A stretch of DNA of 64,000 nt from positions 24,208 through 88,207 of the forward strand of contig NIVC01001839.1 in assembly GCA_002269645.1 (NCBI GenBank). Reading direction: 5' to 3'. Position numbers and translations under genes: made by a program. Source of the DNA: Macrostomum lignano (Eukaryota). Of this stretch, positions 54,005 to 64,000 are shown piece by piece. Position 1 is the first letter of the stretch. The number at the start of each line of letters is the position of its first letter. The notes below the pieces were generated by a model. That model was not told the origin of the DNA and made no database searches. It was given only the letters and a program-made list of their open reading frames with translations.

Positions 54005-56645
54005 CTCCCACAAGGCGGGCTGAGCAGCAGGTCAGCGAGCGGCGGCCCGGTGCCCCGTGTGTGGGCCCGCAGGCAGTGGCCGATCAACATCTGGCGTCGC
54101 CTCTGCAAAGTGCGACCCAGGGCGCGGCACATGGATCCAGGCCGCCAGCTTGGCATTGCTCACGCGCTCGGGGAACCGGATGCCCAGGGCATTGCACAGG
54201 AGCTGGTGACGATGCCAGGCCTCCAAGCTCGCCTCACCAGTGGCAGTCATGGGGACGGCTTCCAGCCCGTAGGTCAGCACCGTCTCAACTGCCGAGCGGA
54301 ATAGAGCCACCTTCAGGCAGTCGGAGGCGAGTCGGCAGTTAGAGATGGAGCGGAGAAGGTGGGAGGCCCGCCACGCCAGCTGCTTGCGGTTGTTGACAAT
54401 GGCATCCGGGTCAGGGACCAGGACGCCCAGATACTTGAACTGGTTGCACGGGGCGATGGTGTTGCCGTCCGGTAGAAGTAGCGGTGGAGAGTTGGCAATG
54501 CCAACATGCAGCACCTCTGTCTTGCCGTAGTTGATGTGGAGCCCCACGCGCTTCCCCTCGTCAGCCAGCCGACTCACCACCCTCTGCGCAGCTTCGGGAC
54601 TGCAGCAGGTCAGCGCCAAGTCGTCGGCTTAGGCGAGGCAGGTCAGCTTGACACAGGGAAAGCGGGAGCTGCGGCGAGGCAGGTCAGCTGGACACAGGGA
54701 AAGCGGGAGCTGCGGCGAGGCAGGTCAGCTGGACACAGGGAAAGCGGGAGCTGCGGCGAGGCAGGTCAGCTGGACACAGGGAAAGCGGGAGCTGCGGCGA
54801 GGCAGGTCAGCTGGACACAGGGAAAGTGGGAGCTGCGGCGAGGCAGGTCAGCTGGACACAGGGTAAGTGGGAGCTGCGGCGAGGCATGTCAGCTGGACAC
54901 AGGGAAAGTGGGAGCTGCGGCGAGGCAGGTCAGCTGGACACAGGGTAAGTGGGAGCTGCGGCGAGGTCCCACTTTATAGCCGTCTGCATCGCGCAGAGCC
55001 AGCCGCATGACGTAGTCGATCAGGAGAACGAATAGAAACGGTGATAGGGTGTCACCTTGCAGGACCCCGGAGGTGGGTGGCAAATTCAGATGTAGGGCCG
55101 TGTTCAATCTGGACAAAAGCCTTGGACGAGTTGTAGAGGTCCATGATCGCCTGTACCAGCAGCTGAGGAACTCCATGCTGCTGGAGGAGCCAGGCAATGG
55201 CCGCCCGGCTGACGGAGTCAAAAGCTTTGAAGAAATCTACAAAAACAATTGACACCGCCTTTTGGCGAGTCTCGCAGGTGTCAGTCCGTCAGGTGTCCGT
55301 CAGGCACCGGATCGCAGCGACTTGTTCTGCTGTTGACCGTCCAGGTCGAAAGCCACTCTGGATGTTGAGAAGCCTCTGGTTGATGATGGGTTGAATGCAA
55401 TTTCGAAGGATGGTGTTGAGGATTTTGGCCAGAGTGCACTCTTGGGCTTTGCCACGCAAGTTGTCGAGGCCGCTAGAGTTGCTCTTCTTGGGAATGGCCA
55501 CAATCTTAGAAGTTCTCCATCGCTCTGGGGCACTAGCAGTTGAGTTCCCGCCCAGGCAGCAGGAGCGGTTAAGGATTCCAGTGATGACAGGCAGCAGCTC
55601 GGGCGTCTTCAGGACACGCGGTGGGATGTCATCGGTTCCCGCTGCTGCATCAGCCCGCATGGATCTTAGGGCCTTGGAGACTTCATCTATGGAGATCGGA
55701 GCGCAATATTAATTGAAGTCGGATGGGCAGGCAGGTGGAGAGTCAGCGAGCGGGCGAAGAGTAGCGCTGGGAGCTGGGGCATTGAGCACAAAATGGAAGT
55801 GGCCCGCAATCAGCTGTAGGCGGTGCTCGATGGAGTGGGCGTTGCAATGATAGCATTCGGCGTGGCTCGCCGTCCTGTGAGGCGGTTGATGGTGCGCCAG
55901 GCCACAGCATGGCGGCAGTTGTCAGTGGCAGCCTTGATCTCCGTCACAGCTTCTTGGGTGGACAGCTCAGCAGCTTGGATGTGGGCAGCTTGCAGTGCCT
56001 CTCGCGCGGTGGAGGCAGCAATGCTGGCGTGCCATGTCGGGCAACTGCGGCTTGCATGTCTTGCCGGGCTCTGATGACATCCAGGTGAGAGTCCCAGTGT
56101 GCACCCGATTACCGCGGTTGCCCCCTGGGGAGCACTGCTGCCGCAGAAGCGACTGCTGCGGAAAAGATGTCGTAGCTGCTGTCAAGGCGGAGCCCCGAGT
56201 CTTTGAGCTGTCGCAGGAAGTTCGATCTGATTTCAGTTTTTGAGTGCACCCCAGTAGGGCAGGGGACTGGTCGGCTTCCTGAAGCGGTGCCAGTGAAGGT
56301 CCAGTCTGCAGCACAGGAGATCGGAGTGTGGTCGGATGGGATGCATTTCAGGGTGATGTTACGAATGGCCCGGAGACACGAGCTCTCTGCGACATTGGGC
56401 AGAGAATCCGAGGCGGGTGTTGCCGTTTGGGCCATGGAAAGTTGGTAGAACACTGAGGCATTGGCGAAGGCAGCCATTTGCCGCCATCAGGTCGCGAGAA
56501 TGAATGAAGTCACAGAGGAAACTTGTGTTGGCATTAGCTGAGCCGCAACGATTTTTCACCAGTCGGCCGTCAACTGGCCGGGATCGGGGGAGCATTGAAG
56601 TCGCTGGTGACAACGATGAGGTCCCGAGAGGCCAGCTGGTCAAGA
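54005..56645 (-). mobile_element. Decayed RTE-clade LINE (RTE-c) with partial AP endonuclease and RT
   Basis: DLIVVTSDFNA and CIPSDHTPI (APE); IQSGFRPGRSTAEQV, VFVDFFKAFDSV, GVLQGDTLSPF, A*ADDLAL (YADD Tyr changed to TAA at 54629-54631), SAVETVLTYGLEA. Ends approximate. Confidence 0.9.
54633..54960. repeat. 41-bp unit x8 inside the RTE-c RT domain
   Basis: GCGAGGCAGGTCAGCTGGACACAGGGAAAGYGGGAGCTGCG repeated exactly 8 times (328 bp). Confidence 0.97.
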
Positions 56646-58850
56646 AGGGCGATAAACTTTTACATATGATTTAACGATAACGATTTAACGATAACGGTAA
56701 CGATTTAACTTTAACGATCAGCTTTTACATGCACATGTTACTATAGCATGTAGGAAATACGCACGAATGATTCAGCTACAAGATTATAACTATCTCGAAT
56801 TAGCAAAATGATATAAAAATTATAGCTACATGTAGAAAAGAGATTTGTATTTACCTTAATGATTCTAATCATTTTTAATTTAGTTTTACATTTCTAACGG
56901 CTTATAACTAAAGTAAAAACTCAATTAATTTAAACAAAGAAAATAAACAGTGCTAGCGAGTTAAAAAACTGTATTATTTAAAACAAAGGGATACGATAAG
57001 CTTTTAATATCAAATTGAAGCGTGAAACACGTTTAATTTAAATTTACTTTATTTTTAACTGGATTTTACGGATTTGAGCTGTTAAAATTTCTTTCTACGA
57101 AAGAATAGAGGTCGAGACGACTAATTAACAGATAATTTGCTTACTTGCTGCCTCGGCTCTCTGTCTAACTAATGCCTTGCTGTCTTGTGGGACAAATTAG
57201 TTAGTAGTTTGCCAGCCTATATTTACGAGTTAATTTGGTTATTTATTAACATGGTACATTGTTAAGTTAGTTTCGGAGCCTAAGCCACTAAGCAAAGCAA
57301 TGTGGCATGTGCATGTACCAATGTCAAATACAAACGTAAGACAACTGTGAACAAATTATAACTTTAGAGTTTAGTTAAACTTTTTAAATTGAAAAAATCT
57401 AGTATGTTTGCTTTTTAATTGCCCTTTCAGTTAGATGATGATAGGCAATGTTAATGTTACTGTTAACATTAATGTTACAGAGACAGCATGATATATTTAT
57501 ATATAAGCTGGGGGCATAATTGCAGTTTCCTGCTTTAAATTATTTTTTGTAAAATTGCATGATACTGATGATAGTAAATATTATGGAAAGTATTTCAGAT
57601 TGTTAAGTGTCACAAAGTTAACAAACCTGTCACAAATCTTTAGTTGTTGAAGATCACCAATTAGAACTGTTGTTATTGTTGTCTTGTTAGTTATTAGTAT
57701 AGGTGGACAGCACCTAGACATTGCATTGCATTGCAGCTGAAATGAGTGCAAGTTTAAACAAAAAATAATTTAATTTTTTTGAATTTATACCAAGCCAGGT
57801 CGGGTGCTAGTTTTTTGGTAATATGCAAAACTTGGGTGCTGTTAGACTCGTTAACTTTTTATTCGTCAACTGCCGTCAACTGTAGTAAATTTGTCAACTG
57901 GTAAAATTTGTCAACTGCATTTTGTTTGATTCGTGATTACATTCGTGATTAAATGATTTGCTAAACAAGTATTTAATTAAGTAAGCTCCACTTTGTGCCA
58001 ATGATCTAAGCACCCACAAAGTCCACTATTAAAAAGTGCAGATTTAAGTTTTTATACTTGAATATTATACTCGAATACATACTCTAATGTATTCAGTTTC
58101 AATTTTTGATTATTGAAATTTCAATTTTTGATTAATTAGGTTTTGTACATCATATGTTTCATAAAAATGAATCAAAAAATGTAAAAAAACCCAGCAAAAA
58201 GCACAGCATTTCCATAAGAAAAATTTAAGTTAATAAATCCATAACAAATTGTAAATAGTAAAAGCAAAAATATTGGGCAGCAAATCAAAGCTAAACAAAT
58301 GCTGTAAAAATCATAAAAGTAAAAGTAAATATATAGATAATTATTATGATAATTAACTCAATTTCAATGGCATACTAGTTTAACAAATTATGTCGCTATA
58401 CTTTTTTATACTAAACTTAAGTTGACAAATTTACCTGGGCTTACCTAGAAATATAGTAAACTCGTCAACTCAGTTGATGAATAAAAAGTTGATGAGTATA
58501 CCCAGATCCGCAAAACTTTGGGTGGGTTGGCAATATAATTTAGGCAATTGTTATTAGGGAAGTGGCCTAGTGATAGACCAAATATAGATTTTTGCAAGTT
58601 TCTGAAACCAAATCTGAATATACAAAAAAATTCTGAATCCAAATCCAAATATCTAAATGGTTTCCAAATGCTTTGTCATCTAATTAGTAATTGTCCCGCC
58701 AAGCATTGCACAAGATAAGAAAATACAATGCAATTTACAATGCTTTTTCTTTATGACAAATTGTACTATTTACCCTAAGTCAATGTAAAATTAGACCATT
58801 TTATAATAAACATTAGAATTTTTTAAAAAGGCTACTTTCCCAATCCTTAT

Positions 58851-60194
58851 TATGGTCTACTGGGTGATTGGTAAAAATCTGGACATTTTTATTTGTTTTA
58901 GCAAGACAACAATTAACAAATTGAACGCATGTCTTTTAACTTGGATTTAGTTCAATATATAAGGGATTGTCTGGCTCATTGCCAAACGGCTCCGACACCA
59001 TTAGCCCGAGCTCGGCGAATCCCGGACTTGACATTGGTCATCATCTCCTGTACACAGTGCAGATCCACGTGGCGGAGGCAGTAGCGAATGCGATTTTCCA
59101 GCTGTTCCAGACTGTCCGCCGTTTAATTGTGATGGTAAACCTTTTGCTTCAACATCCCCCAGAAGTTCTCAATTGGTCGCAGTTGTGGTACATTGGGAGG
59201 ATTGAGCTCTTTGCTGACAAAATTGACACCTTCCTCTTCAAATGTGTCAATGACGTCACGAGCATAGTGACAGCTCGCCAGGTCAGGCCAGAACAGGTAG
59301 TTGCCGTCAGCATGCTGTTCCTTAATAAATGGCAATAGACGCTTGTGAATGCACTCTCTTATGTAGATCTCTTTGTTCATTGAGCTGCCGTGGCAGAAGA
59401 AGACCTTGGACATGCCCTTCTTGCTGATGGCCAGTCAGACCAAGACTTTGGCCTCAAATTTCTTGCTGAGTGAACACCTAACCTCATCAGGTGCATCACC
59501 TTGAGCTGTTGCATAATAGAACCTGTTACCAGGGATGACATTGGATGACAGAGAGAAGTACGATTCATCGTCCATGACAATGTCCAGTCCGCCGTCATCT
59601 CCTGCCAGCACAGCACAGTAGAGCCTGTCAATCCTCACACGCTGGCGCTCTTTCTGCTCAAACGACACAAATGACACTTTTTCTTTCTTGTATGCACTCA
59701 GTCCCTGCTTCTTGAGAATCTCGTTGACGTACGGCTGGCTGATGTCATATTTGCGTGAAATTTCGTGCTGGGACAGACCCATCCTGGCATCATTTGACAT
59801 CTTCTCCATCAAAGTGGCAGTGACCTTGGTAGCTGATTGTCCTGACCCCTCCTTCCGTAGCACAGAATCTTCTCCAGTTGCTGAGTAGCGATCCAGAATT
59901 CCATAAATGGTTGATCTTGGGACACCAAGCTCAGCAAAATATTTTGCGATTGCATCTTTGCTCAGCCCAGGGTGCTCAATTTTATATTGTACAACCAGTT
60001 TACGCCGCTGCTCTTCATTTAGAGACTGCATCTCAGACGTGACGGGGCAAACGAGTGAAAAAAACAACTTAAGTTGTGAGGAAGACCCCCAGTATTGCTC
60101 AAAAGCATCAGCTCAATAAATTCGCCTCGTTAAAGTTTGTCTATGGCAAAAACTAACCATGTCCAGATTTTTACCAATCACCCAGTAGACCATA
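58851..60194 (-). mobile_element. Full-length IS630-Tc1-mariner element, DD37E type
   Basis: Perfect 36-bp inverted repeat TATGGTCTACTGGGTGATTGGTAAAAATCTGGACAT (58851-58886 / 60159-60194) enclosing a transposase. Confidence 0.95.
58976..60031 (-). pseudogene. DD37E transposase, 351 codons, two in-frame stops
   Basis: HTH region, VMDDESYF (D1), FWPDLASCH (D2), NPPNVPQLRPIENFW (E, 37 residues after D2). Stops at 59435-59437 (TGA) and 59123-59125 (TAA). Confidence 0.93.
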
Positions 60195-61569
60195 GGTTCT
60201 AAACAGTTTAACCTATATTTCAATGTCAAAAATGATGCTTCAATGCACATTTTTTATAATTTAATTATATTCAAAAAGTCTATAATTAGGCAATATAAGT
60301 CATAGAGTTATTGTAAAAGAATGTTTATGTAATTTTGTTCCTAAAATGTAGAGACCCTATGATATACCATGCTCGCCAATTTTAGCATCCATTTTACACA
60401 TCTATTGGCTTGTATTATGGGGGTTGGTTTTTGCAGCTTACTATTAGCCGATGACAAGGTCACTTGTATACTGTCTAGGATCATCCCCCATTTATATTTA
60501 GCTTGTTGGTATCAAAATAGAAAGCATGGGAGGTAGCCCACTAACTGATAAAAATGTGCGCGCACGCAAGCAACAATCTAAGGCAGAATGTTAACTCTTT
60601 AATCTATGGTTAGCTAAGTTAGTTAGCTATATTCTCTTGCTTGCAAGTTTTGATCATTTCGCGCATTTGCCCAGTCTGTCCGCTTCGTTTGATTGTTTCT
60701 GGAATCCTGGATTATGATAAACTGTGATTGAACTGGAATATAGTGCGCCTTATTGATTTATACTTGATTGATTGATTGACGCATATTGGATTCATTCATC
60801 TGTTTATTGAAATATTTAAAATTGGTGCGTTCACATTTTCTTCTTCATTCTATGTCCATTTCAACTTTCAAATCCAACGCCTAATTAAATTCTTCAGTCT
60901 TTTTCTTTCCAGTCACAATGGATTCCCCTGTAATTTCAAACCATGCACCAAACCTCAACTCCGCTGTCACTTACCCCCCTCTACCGCTCACCACTCTGCC
61001 CCCAAAAGCCCCAACCCTCCCACCCCCCATCCTCTTGCCCACCTAGCCCCACCACCTAACACTGTACTTTCATTGATTTTCAAAATCATCATTCAAAACA
61101 ATATTTTAGAGAAACATAATATATGCTATATAAGATTTAAACATACTAATAAAAAGAAAATTTTAGTTTTAACTATCTTCCAAACAATATATTTGATAAA
61201 TTATTTAATTTTAATGGAGCCTTGGTCTTTTCATGATGTTAAATATTGCTGTTCTTATTCCAAAGTCCAACGTATAAACTAAAGAATTAGTATCTAGGAC
61301 TAGCAATTTAGTATCCCCTCAGGGTGGGCAATAAAGAAGGAGCAAACATTATTCATGAAAAATAATTAAAAAAGCACATTTCTTAAGAACCAGTTCTTCT
61401 TCAGTTTTATAAATCACCTTATTTGAGTACAATTGTCACGGACAAAGATGTTTACTATTAATCTCTTTCTTTTTTTCCTAAACTTAACAGAAAGACAATA
61501 AAATAAAGTTTTCACAAAGATAACAAACATTCTCCCTAAATAGAAAACATCCCTTAGATCCCCCAGGGG

Positions 61570-62030
61570 GGGGCAAGTATCCCCCAGATAGCAAGCATCC
61601 CCAGATAGCAAGCATCCCCCAGATAACAAGCATCCCCCTAGATAGCAAGCATCCCCCAATAGCAAGCATCCCCTCAGATAGCAACCATCCCCAGATAGCA
61701 ACGATCCCCTCAGATAGCAACTATCCCCAGAAAACAAGCATTCTCTCAGATAGCAAGCATCCTCCAAATAGCAACCATCACCCAGATAGCAAGCATCCCC
61801 TAGATATCAAGTGTCATATAAATAGCAAGCATCTACCCAGATAACAAGCATCCTGTAGATAGCAATAATCTCTAAAAAGCAAGCAGCCCTAGATAGAAAA
61901 ATCCCATACATGTAGATACATGTGTAGCCAGTATACCCCTCTCCCAAATAGCAAGTACCCCCGTTGAGAGCAAGCATCGCCCAATAGTAAGCATCCTTAG
62001 ATAGCAAGCATTCACCAGATAGAAGTAGTT
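61570..62030 (+). repeat. Degenerate ~18-bp repeat (CCCCAGATAGCAAGCAT)
   Basis: Tandem variant units. Confidence 0.85.
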
Positions 62031-62049
62031 AGTGACAATATTTCCTCCA

Positions 62050-62350
62050 CTAATGCAATAATTTCTTTCTCAGGTTGTGCAATAATCCATGTCTTAGCTA
62101 GCACAATAATCTCTTTTTATTCCAGCACAATAATCTGCTTTTTAGCTAGTGCAATAATCATTTTATTATCTAATGCAATAATCCTTAACTTATCAAGTGC
62201 AAAATTGATGTCTTAGCTAGTGCATAGTCCATTTCTAAGCTAGTGCAATAATCCTTGCTCTATTAAGTGCAGTAATCCTTGGTTTATCAAGTGCAGTAAT
62301 CCTTGGTTTATTGAGTCCAATAATCCTTGGTTTATCAAGCGCAGTAATCT
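62050..62350 (+). repeat. Degenerate ~30-bp repeat (AGTGCARTAATCCTTGGTTTATCA)
   Basis: Recurrent gtgcaataatc/gtgcagtaatc cores. Confidence 0.7.
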
Positions 62351-62982
62351 AGGTCTTTTTAATTAGTCCTTTAATAAAAGACTTCAATAAAAAATTATAC
62401 TACTTTTATTACATTACTAAAGTTTGAACTCCGGTTACTACATTAGCAGCCCAGCCTGTTCACCTCTAGGCTAGCTGTCATCAAAGTTATAAGTGAATTT
62501 GTAGTACTTATAATTAAACACTCACACCAAGTCAGTTAGAGTAAAAGTCACAAGAAGCACTTATGACATAATAAATTTCTTAGGCAATTCAGTACTAGTC
62601 TCTATGAAAGTTAACAATATGGTTATACAATATAAATCAAGTATTGTAGTATGCTTCCACATTGCATTTTCAATGCTGTGATGCAATTCAATTCAGTGTC
62701 AAAATTCTGCCAATACACAATTGGTAAATAAAAAGCCTATTTTGATGCAATCTATTTTAGAATCAAAATTCATCCAGTCAGTTTTTTATTCAGCATTCTT
62801 AGAATGCATTTTAAATTGAAAAGAGCTGCTTGACCTTTGCAAAAAAGCATGTTTTTCAAATATTTAATCCCTTTAGCATCAAGCAACTTCTTAGCCACAA
62901 TACATGTACTGTCAAGGAAAAATTTCTGATTGAGCATTGCAAGTTCGAAGAAAATCAGTTGAGCCATTTTTGCTTAAATTGA

Positions 62983-62983
<1 letters not shown>

Positions 62984-63015
<32 letters not shown>
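62984..63015 (+). repeat. (CA)n microsatellite
   Basis: Direct reading. Confidence 0.95.
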
Positions 63016-63017
<2 letters not shown>

Positions 63018-63653
63018 CAGACCATTTTTGGTATATTTTTTTGGTGGATAGTGGATTATTGCACTTGATAAGTGGATAGTGGATGCATTGGTGGATGGTG
63101 GATGGATTGGATGGATGGATATGGAAGATATACTCATACTTCTAACATAATTAGCTATCACTATTGTTACATAATGAGTTTGCTATTTTATCAGTATCTC
63201 AAGTATAAAATAATAAAAACTAAATGACTAAAGATATATAGATATATACTTGTAATATATATACACATATATTTATATTTATATTAATTACTATTTCATA
63301 TTTTGTAGTAGACAAAAAACTGTATTGTATATTAGCAAACCAAAAATTGTAAACAAACTGAAAGTTTTATGAGACTGCTGAAAGCTAAACTTGTACTCTT
63401 AATGTTGTTTGTGCACCTTAATAAGATTTATATTTAGTCATTGGTTTTCATTTTAAGATTATTGAACTTGAGATGAATTATTTCTTTCAGCTGTTGATAT
63501 GCTACAATATTGGCATTCTTCTAGACCACTGTCATCATTAAATTGGCATCAGCACTTGAATATTCGATTCAATTTGTGAACTCCATCCTATTCCATTTGC
63601 ACGCCAAACCATATGAACGTTGTCTGGCAATTAACAGTTGGCAAATTCCATCA

Positions 63654-64000
63654 ATGGCACAGCAGCAGCAGCACCAGCTGCAACAACAGCAGCATGTACA
63701 GCGACACTTTTCAATTGATTCCACCATAGCCGGTCAATATGATCTTGAGCATACCATCGGTCGAGGCCATTTTGCAGTTGTTAAACTTGCTAAACACACA
63801 TTTACTGGCGAACAGGTAGCCGTGAAAGTAATTGACAAAGCAAATTAGACGCTGTTAGTAGGGACACTATTCCAAGAGGTGATGTGCATGAAACTAGTCC
63901 AGCATCCCAATGTTGTAAGGCTTTACGAAGTGATTGACACTGCAAATCGACTGTATCTAATCCTGGAATTAGGCGATGGAGGCGATCTGTACGATTACAT
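63654..64000 (+). CDS. SNRK: SNF-related (SNRK-like) Ser/Thr kinase, N-terminal part, runs off the window
   Basis: [38 protein letters not shown]...[41 protein letters not shown] closely follows SNRK as recalled (GRGHFAVV is diagnostic). Poly-Q N-terminus. Apparent short frameshifted stretch at 63840-63875. Confidence 0.88.

Noticed and set aside
56646-56740. TAACGATAACG repeats suggesting a Harbinger-like MITE end
   Set aside because: No matching opposite TIR or TSD found.
57785-58500. Possible Helitron 3' end (GGGTGCTAGT) and inverted GTAAATTTGTCAACT motifs (57885 / 58420)
   Set aside because: Hairpin weak, no defined termini or TSD; too short to distinguish from chance in AT-rich DNA.
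60776-62007. ORFs of 168, 117, 78 and 66 aa
   Set aside because: Low-complexity or repeat-derived, without domains.

Overview
Repeat-rich animal (invertebrate-like, possibly flatworm; inference only) genomic DNA. The first ~44 kb is one large inverted duplication: left arm 1-19072 (runs off the window edge) and right arm 21758-44026. Between them lie a 652-N scaffold gap and ~2 kb of unique sequence with a small MITE. Each arm carries an intact 5-exon PX/BAR-like sorting-nexin gene (head-to-head copies), the 3' exons of a rhodopsin-class GPCR, two dead RTE-type LINEs, an RNase H LINE fragment, a hAT-type MITE and many mini/microsatellites. The arms are almost identical across the sorting-nexin gene but clearly diverged elsewhere, with arm-specific insertions. 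Because the left arm ends exactly at the gap, a mis-scaffolded second haplotype is a serious alternative to a true palindrome. Right of the duplication are the 5' part of the GPCR (3 coding exons, Moody/Tre1/melatonin-receptor-like), satellite arrays, a third RTE with a nascent 41-bp minisatellite, a full-length but stop-inactivated DD37E Tc1/mariner element, and the start of an SNRK-like kinase gene. No rRNA, tRNA or CRISPR was found. All exon models and protein family calls were read by eye, without database searches.
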